DNA of 64,000 bases from Bacteroidales bacterium. Its GTDB lineage: Bacteria > Bacteroidota > Bacteroidia > Bacteroidales > JAAYUG01. A program made the translations under genes and the position numbers. Shown here piece after piece: positions 10,521 to 20,029 of this stretch (positions are counted from its first letter, which is position 1; each line of letters starts with the position of its first letter). The stretch covers positions 45,307 to 109,306 of the forward strand of contig JAXLTS010000011.1 in the NCBI GenBank assembly GCA_046329925.1, written 5' to 3'. The notes under the pieces are model-generated. The model had not been told where the DNA came from. It worked only from the letters and a program-made list of their open reading frames with translations, and ran no database searches.

Positions 10521-13500
10521 TTAGAAATTGAGTTTTACACTGATGTTATACTGGTGATTTAGCGGGTATTTCAGGTCATTTACCCCGGCCAGTGACCAAT
10601 CAGTCATACGCATGGTAGCTTCCGGATCAAAGCCGGTATATTTGGTGAATGTATGAATGTTGTCTCCGCTGAATGTCAGGGTAAGACCGGTAATCTTCTG
10701 GTTGAACCAACCGGAAGGCAGGCGGTAGCTCAGTGCAAAATTCCTGAACTTGATGTAACTCCCGTCCTCCAGGAACCGGGTCGATGGATAATAAGAGAGA
10801 GAATTTGCCCCCAGTCTTGGATGGGTTGCATTATCTCCAGGCTTTTCCCAACGCAACTCATCGGCCAGGGGTTTCACAAAGTTCATACGGGGCTCTGCAC
10901 CATCTGTATCGAACTGGGAGCGGTCGTTGTTATAAACTTTGTTTCCTCCCAGGTAGCTGAAGTTTACAGAAAAAGTAAAATTCTTAAATGTCCAGACTGA
11001 GTTCAGCCCCCCATAATACTTCGGTATCGGAGATCCTGCATATTGGGGTTCTGCAGCTGAATAATCCGTGGTACTTGTCCGGCTCACCACATTCCCGTCT
11101 GCGTCACGTATAACTTTCTCCCACAGAGGATTTCCATTCCTGGAATCCACGCCAACCCATTTTGGCAGGTAGATGGCGAATAAGGGTTTTCCGTCCTCCA
11201 CGCGCTCCTCAATCCCCCCAATAATTCTTGGTAAGGCCGATTCGTTCCCTGCAGCCACATTATTATTGAAACTGAAGTTGACATCAGCATTCCAGGCGAA
11301 ATTATTCGTTTTAATAATTTCAGCAGAGATGCCCAGTTCAACACCTGAGTTGATTACGTTACCTAAATTTTCATACCGGCTTTCATACCCGATCGACAAA
11401 GCCTGCTGAGACCTGAATAAAAGATTGTCTGTTTTATTATTATACAAATCGACGCTTATTTCAATCCGATCATTCAGACCGAGGTCTACTCCAAGGTCAA
11501 TCTGCCTGGCCGTCTCCCAGGTAAGTTTCAGGTTGGGGAGCTGGTAAGGGTAGGCTCCTGTCTGGCTGTTATAATTGCTATTGAGGGAATAAAGCGCATT
11601 GTACTTACCAGGATCGATGGCCTCGTTTCCGGTATAACCATAACTCAACCTAAGCTTGAGCATATCGATAGCTGAGACCGAACTCATAAAATCCTCCTTG
11701 CTCAGGAGCCAGGATCCGCTGATGGTTGGGAAAACAGCAGTCTTGAGTCCGGGTGCAAATTTTGAATTGGCATCGAGCCTGTAGGAAGCTGTTAGAAAGT
11801 AAGTCTCCTTATAATTATAGTTTACCTGGCTCAGGAATGATTCCAGCGCTGATTCGCCATATGCGCCGTTAACCTTGAAATTTTTCGATGTAGTGTTAAA
11901 GACTTTATACCCGAGCATTAATCCTTCAGCGGAGGCTCCCCAACTGTCAGAATACCCGTAACTGAATTCCCCGCCTACGAGTCCGCTGAAGTTATGCTGT
12001 CCATAGGACTTACTGAACTTAAGCAGATTGGTGCTGAGGGTTCCATACCCGTAATCATTGGTCCTTGAAAGACTTCCGCTTCCATGGAGTGGCCCGGCAA
12101 TGAGTGAACTGATAGTGCTGGTTGAAAGACTGTTCCAATAACTCAATCCAAGTGTCGAGGAGAATGAAAGCCAGTTCGTGATCTTAACATTCAAGCCCAG
12201 GTTCAGATTCATGGATGCACTGCTGTATCCGTAATCGGAGTTTTCGATGGAGTGGATGGGATTGATTTTGTCTCTTGAATACCATCCGGTAGTTGTCTGA
12301 TCCACATACCTGGTTTCCCCGTCAGGAGTGTAGGCACTGTCCCAGGGCGAAGAGAGGTAGGTATAGTACATATCCATATAATCATAACTCTTCCCTTTCC
12401 CTACACTCAGATCGATATTTCCTGTCAGATTCACCCGGTCAGAAAAGATATAACTGTTGTTTGAACGCAGGCTCAGTCGTTGAAAACGGGTATTCATAAA
12501 GGTCCCGTCTTCATCGAAGTAGCTTGCACCCAGGAAGTACTTGTATTTCTCTGATCCTCCACTGGCTGAGAAAAAATAATTCTGGACAAATGAAGGTTTA
12601 AAAATTGTGTTCACCCAGTCGAAATTGCGATCCTTCAGCGCCTTTGGGTAGTTATTCAGGAACCGGACCTTGTCAATATAACCGGTTGTATCGATGAACA
12701 GACCCTGGTGTGCATTGTAGTATTCGAGTCCATTCATCATCTGTACCTTGCCAAAATCCGGAGTTCTCCTCCCCAGGGTGGCTGTAAATTCATATTTTGG
12801 AACAGAACTTCCACGCTTGGTTGTGAGGATAATTACGCCGCCATTGGCACGGGAACCATATAAACCGGTTGCCCCGGCATCCCGGAGGATGGTTACTGAT
12901 TCGATAAGACCCGGATCGACACCCGGATCCCCGTTTCCGGCTATGATGCCGTCTACCACATAGAGTGGTTCAGAACTTCCACTGATGGTACTGGTACCGC
13001 GGATCCGTATTTCAGCTCCTGATCCCGGAAAACCACTGCTGTTGATTACCTGGACTCCGGCAGATTTCCCCTGCAACATGGTGCCCAGGTTCGGACTAAC
13101 CACATCCATTAGTTTCTCATTGTTCAATACAGTTACAGCGCTGGATATCTCCGTTTTTTTCTTCTCGCTATAGCCCATCACGACAATCTCCTGCAGACTC
13201 TTTACATCCGGTGTGAGCATTACACTGAGGCTTGTCTGTTCACCAACGGGAACTTCTTCTGTCAGATATCCCATAAAACTGAAGACGAGAACATCGTTGG
13301 GTCCTGACCGGGCAATCCTGAATTCGCCTGATATACCTGTTATAGTTCCGGTTTTGGTTCCTTTGAGCAAAACATTTACACCGGGTAGGAATTCTTTGGT
13401 ATCAGAGCTTGTTACCACACCCTGGACAAATTCCTGGCCGTTGAGTACTCCCGGAACAATGCAGAGTGACAGAAAAACCAATATGATTGTGCGATTTATT

Positions 13501-13529
13501 CCGACAAAAAGCCGGTTGAGAGGTTTCAT
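10521..13529 (-). CDS. SusC/RagA-family TonB-dependent outer-membrane transporter
   Basis: 1002 aa; signal peptide; carboxypeptidase-regulatory-like N-domain (QGVVTSSDTKEFLPGVNVLLKGTKTGTITGISGEFRI); plug region (LYVVDGI...); beta-barrel ending in aromatic ...SVKLNF. Confidence 0.9.
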   Translation of the reverse strand: MKPLNRLFVGINRTIILVFLSLCIVPGVLNGQEFVQGVVTSSDTKEFLPGVNVLLKGTKTGTITGISGEFRIARSGPNDVLVFSFMGYLTEEVPVGEQTSLSVMLTPDVKSLQEIVVMGYSEKKKTEISSAVTVLNNEKLMDVVSPNLGTMLQGKSAGVQVINSSGFPGSGAEIRIRGTSTISGSSEPLYVVDGIIAGNGDPGVDPGLIESVTILRDAGATGLYGSRANGGVIILTTKRGSSVPKYEFTATLGRRTPDFGKVQMMNGLEYYNAHQGLFIDTTGYIDKVRFLNNYPKALKDRNFDWVNTIFKPSFVQNYFFSASGGSEKYKYFLGASYFDEDGTFMNTRFQRLSLRSNNSYIFSDRVNLTGNIDLSVGKGKSYDYMDMYYTYLSSPWDSAYTPDGETRYVDQTTTGWYSRDKINPIHSIENSDYGYSSASMNLNLGLNVKITNWLSFSSTLGLSYWNSLSTSTISSLIAGPLHGSGSLSRTNDYGYGTLSTNLLKFSKSYGQHNFSGLVGGEFSYGYSDSWGASAEGLMLGYKVFNTTSKNFKVNGAYGESALESFLSQVNYNYKETYFLTASYRLDANSKFAPGLKTAVFPTISGSWLLSKEDFMSSVSAIDMLKLRLSYGYTGNEAIDPGKYNALYSLNSNYNSQTGAYPYQLPNLKLTWETARQIDLGVDLGLNDRIEISVDLYNNKTDNLLFRSQQALSIGYESRYENLGNVINSGVELGISAEIIKTNNFAWNADVNFSFNNNVAAGNESALPRIIGGIEERVEDGKPLFAIYLPKWVGVDSRNGNPLWEKVIRDADGNVVSRTSTTDYSAAEPQYAGSPIPKYYGGLNSVWTFKNFTFSVNFSYLGGNKVYNNDRSQFDTDGAEPRMNFVKPLADELRWEKPGDNATHPRLGANSLSYYPSTRFLEDGSYIKFRNFALSYRLPSGWFNQKITGLTLTFSGDNIHTFTKYTGFDPEATMRMTDWSLAGVNDLKYPLNHQYNISVKLNF

Positions 13530-14014
13530 AAGTATACTGGTTAGATTTAGTTATAGCAATGTTTGGTTTTCCGATTAGTTGAGAAACTTATTTTTCTCAA
13601 TAAATTCTAACAGGAATATTCAGACCTGTCACAAATGAATTCATTTACACCAAAATGACATTTGCCTGTTATCCGGTACCCCACACCAGGGTTTGATACA
13701 ATGTAATGAAATGTTTCGGGAGGACTAATTCCAGGCCACTTATAGCTCGTCTGCTCAGTTGCAGAACAAATATAACTATATTACACCATAATTGAATCCT
13801 GCGATATATGGGACATTGGCTGAAGCCTGCCAGTCAGGCACGCACCCATACTGCCAATAAAGGGAAAATCAGGGATATTATTTTCTGCCCCGGAGCAAGA
13901 GGAATTCAATGATATGCTGTACAACATCATGAAAGCCCTTCATGAGATCCATCTTGTAAGATTTTCTGCAATTTGAATTCAGGGACAATAACAGGACATC
14001 TGAAAAACCCACTG

Positions 14015-15517
14015 TTACTCCAGCAGGCTGTCAAAGCCATCTTCCGGTCCAAGGGGCTGATCCCTGATGAAGTCAAAAAGGGTCAGGCGCCGGATGTTGT
14101 AGAGAAAACTCCAGTAATTGCGCACGGCTTCCACATACCTTCTCCGGGCTTCATCTTTCTCTGTGAGGGCCACATTGAGATCCAGCACATCTATTTTCCC
14201 GATGAGGAAACGCTGCTTGGTCACTTCATAACGCAGGGTGCCTATCGTATCTGCCTTCATGGCAATTTTCAGCTGGTCGTCCTGGAGATTGAACTGCATT
14301 ACCTGGAGAAACACGTTTTGCTGAAAATCGGTGCGGTTTTGCTCCACCTGGGTCCGGATTACCTCCTGGCTGCTTTTGGCCATTTTCACCCTACCGTGAC
14401 CCTGGCCCCAGTCAAGAAGCGGGATTGTTAAACCCAGTGTGAAAAGTTGCATATCATGCTTCTCGACAGGATTGTTGTAAACCTCCGGGAAGGTGGCAGA
14501 CCGCTGGTTAATCCCGTAGCGGGCGAAGATCGATGTATTCAGCCCCCGCTCCGCCTTTGCCTGTGCCACGTCACTCTCTGCCTCGATAAGTTCCCGCTCC
14601 ATGGTGATAATCTGCGGGTTGTTTTTCATGGCTGTCTCCAGTGTCCTGTTGTAGTCAAGCTGAAGATCCGGTATATCATGCGGTATGATAAGCCGCAGGC
14701 TAACATTTTCGTTGAAACCAAGGAATGAACGAAGCTTTGATTTTCTGAACTCCAGGTCGATATTTGCCTGGTTAAGTTGTGTACCCGCATTTAGAAAACC
14801 CAGTTCCATCTGTAAAAGTTCATTCTCGGCGATGGTTCCGATGTTATACCTCCCAAGGGCTATCTTATACAGGGTGTCATTGTTGCTGTAGTTCGTTTTT
14901 GCAATCTCGAGGTTGATCTGCGCTGAAGCCAGATCGAAGAAATATTCAATGGCCTGGATGGAAACCTGTTCCATGGAACTCACAAAGTTTTTCTTGGCCT
15001 CTTCATATTTCAGGGGTTCAATTTTTCTGGACCATCCAATTTGGTTATAGGAAAAAAGCGGCTGTGAGAATAAGATACTTACCGGAGTGGCCAGATAAGA
15101 AGTTCCTTTCCCCTCACCCTGCAACTGGTCGATGCGTTCCATTTCGGATTCAACAGAAATAGTCCCGCCGGTGAAGGGAATCTTTTGAGCAAAGGAGAGA
15201 CTACCCAGCGAATTAATTTTATTAAAAGGCGTGAGCTTCTCGGTTCCATCAGATTGTACCACCTTACCAATGGATTTATTGTATTCAGGCAGTGTGGTAC
15301 TCAGCTTAAGTGAAGGAAGCATACTGGCCAGGTAAGTCCGGTGCTGCCAGTAGCTTGCACGAAAACGGTGACGTGCCAGCATGGAGGCGGGTGACTGGTC
15401 GCAGGCAAGTTTCACAACTTCATCCAGCGTAAGAACCTTTTCGGTTGGCTGGGCTTCCAGTGAAAGAAGAGTGCAGAGTGATGCCAGGAGGAGAAGAGCA
15501 GTTCGATGAAGGATCAT
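14015..15517 (-). CDS. TolC-family outer-membrane efflux protein
   Basis: 500 aa, signal peptide; LTLDEVVKLA start typical of outer-membrane-factor proteins; two helical repeats. It is the last gene of the efflux operon. Confidence 0.8.
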   Translation of the reverse strand: MILHRTALLLLASLCTLLSLEAQPTEKVLTLDEVVKLACDQSPASMLARHRFRASYWQHRTYLASMLPSLKLSTTLPEYNKSIGKVVQSDGTEKLTPFNKINSLGSLSFAQKIPFTGGTISVESEMERIDQLQGEGKGTSYLATPVSILFSQPLFSYNQIGWSRKIEPLKYEEAKKNFVSSMEQVSIQAIEYFFDLASAQINLEIAKTNYSNNDTLYKIALGRYNIGTIAENELLQMELGFLNAGTQLNQANIDLEFRKSKLRSFLGFNENVSLRLIIPHDIPDLQLDYNRTLETAMKNNPQIITMERELIEAESDVAQAKAERGLNTSIFARYGINQRSATFPEVYNNPVEKHDMQLFTLGLTIPLLDWGQGHGRVKMAKSSQEVIRTQVEQNRTDFQQNVFLQVMQFNLQDDQLKIAMKADTIGTLRYEVTKQRFLIGKIDVLDLNVALTEKDEARRRYVEAVRNYWSFLYNIRRLTLFDFIRDQPLGPEDGFDSLLE

Positions 15518-15526
15518 AATTTTTAT

Positions 15527-16891
15527 TTATTCGTAACGCAATGATTCAATGGGATCTTTCTGTGCTGCACGTTTGGCCGGGGAATATCCGAAGATGATGC
15601 CCACAGAGGCAGAAACCAGGAAGGATAACAAAACCGAAAAGGGTGATACAATGGTTAGTATTCCTGCGAAGTAGGTTATCGATTTACTCAGAACAATCCC
15701 CAGGATCACCCCGATGATTCCGCCTGTAACACTAATCAGAACAGCCTCGGCCAGGAACTGAACCACAATGTCCTTTCGCCGGGCCCCGATAGCCATGCGG
15801 ATACCAATCTCCCGGATGCGTTCCAGAACACTTGCAAACATGATATTCATAATACCAATCCCGCCAACAACGAGCGAAATACCTGCAATAGCCCCGAGCA
15901 CAATATTGAAAATATCCTTTGTGCGCTGCTGTTGTTTAAGCAGCAGTTCAGGCACCGTGATCTCAAAATCCTTTACCCCGGCATGCCTGCGTTCAAACAT
16001 ACGCGAAAGGATTTCAACCGATGTATTCAGTTGTCCCGTTTCCTGCACCTGCACTACAATCTTATCCAGCTGGTGGTAGTTCTTCGAGCTTTTCTTTGCA
16101 GGCTCGGAGGAAAAAATGATATAATATCCATTGCCTTCCATTGCGGCCTCCTCAAGTTTACGTGCGCTAATGAGCGACCTGTTTTCAAACCGGAGCAACA
16201 TGGCTTTAACGGGGATAAAAATATTGTCGTTCTGGACATTTACGCCCACCTGTTCCATCCCTGTGACTGAAACAATGGAACGTCTTAATACACCGATAAT
16301 CTTGAACCAAACATTTCCACATTTAATATATTTCCCGATGGGATCGGTATCAGGAAACATTTTTGCACGGATATTCGCCCCGATCACACATACTGTAATG
16401 CCATTAGTTTCCTGGGGTTCATTGAATATGGTTCCCGATTCGAGGGGAATATTATACAGATCGAAGTACTCATGGGTTACCCCTATTATTTTTGCATTTT
16501 CACGTTTCCCATTCTGCACTACATACGAGTTGATTGTAATCTCAGGACACACAGCTTTTACAGATGGAAGAACTTCACGTATGGCTTCCGCATCCTGCAG
16601 GGTAAGGCCCGGTGAAAACTTTCGCTTCTTTTTTTCCCCGGAATTCTCCTGTCCTTCAGTACCACTCTCCTCAGCTTCTTCTGTAGGTATTACCGGGTCG
16701 ATGACGATGTTGTTTACACCCACCATCTTGATCTGGTCGAGGATTTCCTTCTGTGCACCGTTACCGATGGCCAGCATACTTATAACTGCTGCAACGCCGA
16801 AGATAATACCAAGGGCGGTAAGCATTGAACGCAACTTGTTCGACACAAGCGATTCAAAGGCTATATTGATATCGAAAAAATATTTCTTCAT
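15527..16891 (-). CDS. ABC-transporter permease, FtsX/MacB-like (periplasmic core domain + 4 TM)
   Basis: N-terminal TM then large periplasmic domain; C-terminal FtsX-type helices (GIAGISLVVGGIGIMNIMFASVLERIREIGIRMAIGA...). There is no ATPase domain in this ORF. Confidence 0.8.
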   Translation of the reverse strand: MKKYFFDINIAFESLVSNKLRSMLTALGIIFGVAAVISMLAIGNGAQKEILDQIKMVGVNNIVIDPVIPTEEAEESGTEGQENSGEKKKRKFSPGLTLQDAEAIREVLPSVKAVCPEITINSYVVQNGKRENAKIIGVTHEYFDLYNIPLESGTIFNEPQETNGITVCVIGANIRAKMFPDTDPIGKYIKCGNVWFKIIGVLRRSIVSVTGMEQVGVNVQNDNIFIPVKAMLLRFENRSLISARKLEEAAMEGNGYYIIFSSEPAKKSSKNYHQLDKIVVQVQETGQLNTSVEILSRMFERRHAGVKDFEITVPELLLKQQQRTKDIFNIVLGAIAGISLVVGGIGIMNIMFASVLERIREIGIRMAIGARRKDIVVQFLAEAVLISVTGGIIGVILGIVLSKSITYFAGILTIVSPFSVLLSFLVSASVGIIFGYSPAKRAAQKDPIESLRYE

Positions 16892-16948
16892 AAAAGGTGC
16901 CCAGCTGGTGGAGGTAATTATTATTTGTGAAAAGGATTGGGAATGACA

Positions 16949-18328
16949 CTATTTCTTGATTTCCTGCGCATCACCACCGGCCGTAAATATCATCCCTCCT
17001 TCCAGCATCTTTTTCTCATTCTGTTTCCGGATTTCCTCCTCTCGTGCTTTCTTTTCGAGGGCTTTTTGTTTGATAACAGCTATATACTCCTCTCCCTCCA
17101 GCTTCATTTCTGCCGCACCTTCGGGCACTGAGAGGTAAACTTTTTCACCTTCCTTCAATCCTTTCTCGATTATTACCTCGTTTTCATTGAATTCTCCCAA
17201 CACCACCACCTGTTTGGTTCCGTTTTTCTTATATACATAGGTCATGCTGTCATCACCGTGCACACATTCGAGTGGTATGGAGAGTACACTATCCATGCGC
17301 GCGATAAGTATCCCATTGCTGGTTGTCATGGAAGGCCGGAGAATAGGATCGGACCGGTCCAGTTTGATGATTACCTCAAAGACCTTGGCGTCGGTATTGG
17401 GGAGTTGTTCACCTATATTGGCAACATCCGTAACAACCCCTGTGAATTTCTTGTCCGGAAATGCATCCACCCCTATTTTGACGGTCTGTCCAACCTTCAC
17501 TTTACTTATATCAATTTCGTTCACATAGGTTTTGGTAATCATGGAGGTCAGGTCGGGAAGGGTTGCTACCGTTAGATCCCAGGGGCTGATGTCGGATCCC
17601 ACCTTACGCTTTTGCCCTCCCCATTCACGCTGATAGATCACCATTCCCGGCCCGGGTGCTTTGATGATAAATTTATTCAGGATTTTATTCATCTCATCCC
17701 TTCTTCTCAGGGCCTTGTTTAATTCTACCTGTGAAAGGCTCATATCTTCAATGGCCCGTTGTACTTTGAGTTCATAATTCTTTTTCGCCTGGTCATAGGC
17801 ACGTCGTGTTTTGTCGAGCTCTATCTGGGCCTGCCGGATGGTTGCCGGAGGTTCGAATTTACTCTGTTCCAGTTTTATCTCGGCTTCTTCCGTTGCAAAT
17901 TTCAGGTTAATCAGTTCATCGCGGAGATCCCGCAGATTCATGGTGGTATCGAGCTGTGTCTTGGTAAACTGCGAATTGGCTTTTTCTACCTCGATCATGA
18001 TATCCTTAAGCTGGTTATCCGCTTCAGTCCTGTCAAGGGTAGCTACATAATCGCCCTCCTTAACGATGGTACCTTCAGGGATGAGATCCTGTATCTTAAT
18101 ATTATTGAAACGCAGAATACGACTCTGCAGTTCCTCGGGACCCCGTATTTCCTTATATCGTTCCGCCTTAAGTTCGCCGGTTACATTCACGAGTATCTCA
18201 AAGGTTCCCAGCTTTACCTCGGTATCTAGTTTGATATCCTTGTCGCCCGGATCGCCTGAGAGGGAAAGCAGAACAACGATAACAACAACTGTGCTGATTG
18301 CTATAATCCAGATATTGCGTTTTTTCAT
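16949..18328 (-). CDS. Efflux periplasmic adaptor (HlyD/membrane-fusion protein family)
   Basis: Single N-terminal TM, long coiled-coil region, beta-barrel/lipoyl-like segments; located upstream of the permease and TolC in the same orientation. Confidence 0.8.
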   Translation of the reverse strand: MKKRNIWIIAISTVVVIVVLLSLSGDPGDKDIKLDTEVKLGTFEILVNVTGELKAERYKEIRGPEELQSRILRFNNIKIQDLIPEGTIVKEGDYVATLDRTEADNQLKDIMIEVEKANSQFTKTQLDTTMNLRDLRDELINLKFATEEAEIKLEQSKFEPPATIRQAQIELDKTRRAYDQAKKNYELKVQRAIEDMSLSQVELNKALRRRDEMNKILNKFIIKAPGPGMVIYQREWGGQKRKVGSDISPWDLTVATLPDLTSMITKTYVNEIDISKVKVGQTVKIGVDAFPDKKFTGVVTDVANIGEQLPNTDAKVFEVIIKLDRSDPILRPSMTTSNGILIARMDSVLSIPLECVHGDDSMTYVYKKNGTKQVVVLGEFNENEVIIEKGLKEGEKVYLSVPEGAAEMKLEGEEYIAVIKQKALEKKAREEEIRKQNEKKMLEGGMIFTAGGDAQEIKK

Positions 18329-18410
18329 GTGGAGTGGATGGTGTAACTGGTTTACTTATTATTTGGTTACAGATTGAACGAAGTGTCAATCACTTTATTA
18401 TGGTAAGCGA

Positions 18411-19787
18411 CTATTTTAAATGAAGCATAACCTGGCTAGCCAGATCCCTCGCCCGCTCTTCCGAAGCTCCCTCGGCAATGATGCGGATAACTGGCTCCGT
18501 GTTTGATTTCCGGAGGTGTACCCACCCATCAGGAAAATCAATACGTACACCGTCTGCCTCATTTACCGGAAAGTTGCTGTATGCCTTTTTCACCTTTTGC
18601 AGGATGGCCTCCAGGTCAATTCCTGCCTGTAATTCTACTTTATTCTTGGAGATAACATAGTCGGGCAGGGTCTTTCTCCATTGGCTCACTTTGCCGCCCC
18701 GTTTGGCCAGTGCCGTAAGGAACAGTGCGATACCAATGAGGGCATCCCGGCCATAGTGCAGGTCGGGTACAATAATACCTCCGTTTCCTTCGCCGCCGAG
18801 AACCGCATTTGTTCTCTTCATGGCTTCCACCACATTCACCTCTCCAACTGCTGAGGCTGTATAGCTTCCCTTGTATTTTTCGGTAACATCCTTCAGGGCC
18901 CTGGAAGAGGAAAGGTTTGAAACGGTATTGCCGGGGCGTTTCTGAAGAAAATAATCGGCAATGGCAACGAGGGTATATTCCTCGCCGAACATACTGCCAT
19001 CCTCACAAATAATGGCCAGCCTGTCCACATCGGGGTCGACCACAAAGCCAACATCTGCTCCTTTTTCCCTTACCAGCCGGGAGATATCTGTCAGATGTTC
19101 GGGCAAGGGTTCCGGGTTATGCGGAAATATGCCGTTGGGATCACAATAAAGAGGATGGATCGTCTTAACACCAAGAGCCCGGAGTAAGTCAGGGATTACA
19201 ATGCCCCCCACTGAGTTTACCGCATCGATAGCCACACAGAAACCAGCCTTTCTGATGGCTTCGGCATCCACAAGAGGGTATTCCAGCACTTTAGAAATAT
19301 GATAACTGGCAAAATCCGGTTCGGGGGTAAGTTTCCCGAGATCGTTCACAGGGGCATAACTCACCACTCCTGATTCTATAATTTGCAGGAGTTGTTCACC
19401 ATTGGCAGCCGAAAGAAATTCGCCCCTGCTGTTCAGTAATTTAAGGGCATTCCATTGTCCAGGGTTATGACTTGCCGTGAGAATAATTCCTCCATCGGCC
19501 TTCGAAGCAGTTACAGCCATCTCAACCGTAGGGGTGGTTGCGAGGCCAATGTCAATTACATCTGCACCACATCCCATCAGCGTACCAGCCACCAGCCGGC
19601 TTACCATTTCACCCGACAGCCTGGCATCCCTGCCCAGCACAATACGTATTCTTTTTTTACCCTGAATGCCGACGATAAAACTGCTGTATGCGGATACGAA
19701 CTTCACAATATCCAAAGGAGTGAGGCCTTCTCCGGCCATCCCGCCAATGGTTCCACGTATCCCTGAAATCGATTTAATCAGTGTCAT
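18411..19787 (-). CDS. glmM: Phosphoglucosamine mutase / phosphohexomutase family
   Basis: SGIRGTIGG near the N-terminus; active-site TASHNPGQWNALKL; 458 aa. Confidence 0.8.
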   Translation of the reverse strand: MTLIKSISGIRGTIGGMAGEGLTPLDIVKFVSAYSSFIVGIQGKKRIRIVLGRDARLSGEMVSRLVAGTLMGCGADVIDIGLATTPTVEMAVTASKADGGIILTASHNPGQWNALKLLNSRGEFLSAANGEQLLQIIESGVVSYAPVNDLGKLTPEPDFASYHISKVLEYPLVDAEAIRKAGFCVAIDAVNSVGGIVIPDLLRALGVKTIHPLYCDPNGIFPHNPEPLPEHLTDISRLVREKGADVGFVVDPDVDRLAIICEDGSMFGEEYTLVAIADYFLQKRPGNTVSNLSSSRALKDVTEKYKGSYTASAVGEVNVVEAMKRTNAVLGGEGNGGIIVPDLHYGRDALIGIALFLTALAKRGGKVSQWRKTLPDYVISKNKVELQAGIDLEAILQKVKKAYSNFPVNEADGVRIDFPDGWVHLRKSNTEPVIRIIAEGASEERARDLASQVMLHLK

Positions 19788-20029
19788 GATCAGAATTTTT
19801 CATTTTGGGGTTTAAAGGTAGAAATAATCTGCTTGCCTTCTATGAATCCGTAGCCTGATTAAAGCGATAAAAATGCTATGCCTGAAAAATCTCCGGTTCT
19901 GCGCAAATTGTAATCTGCCACGGGAGGAACCGGTGACCCCGGCAGTAAAATCCGTGTCAACGCTTGTAAATCAACCGGCTTTCATCATTTTTTTATAATT
20001 TGCACCCTCAATAAGTTCGGCACTACTAT

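Noticed and set aside
13973-14431. 152-aa plus-strand ORF (and many similar ORFs at 60-270 aa: e.g. 8135-8455, 8544-8930, 16131-16946, 29039-29662, 29655-30209, 43594-44133, 46296-46532)
   Set aside because: They lie entirely antisense to or inside strongly supported genes (TolC, PKD protein, FtsX permease, rluB, pnp, DUF2851). They have low-complexity or stop-poor composition explained by the opposite-strand codon bias. No independent support.
19788-20029. Specific Bacteroidota sigma-A promoter (-33 TTTG / -7 TAnnTTTG) upstream of the H1-like gene
   Set aside because: ttttataatttgcaccc is close to the consensus but is one position off in any register. It is not confident enough to report as a feature.
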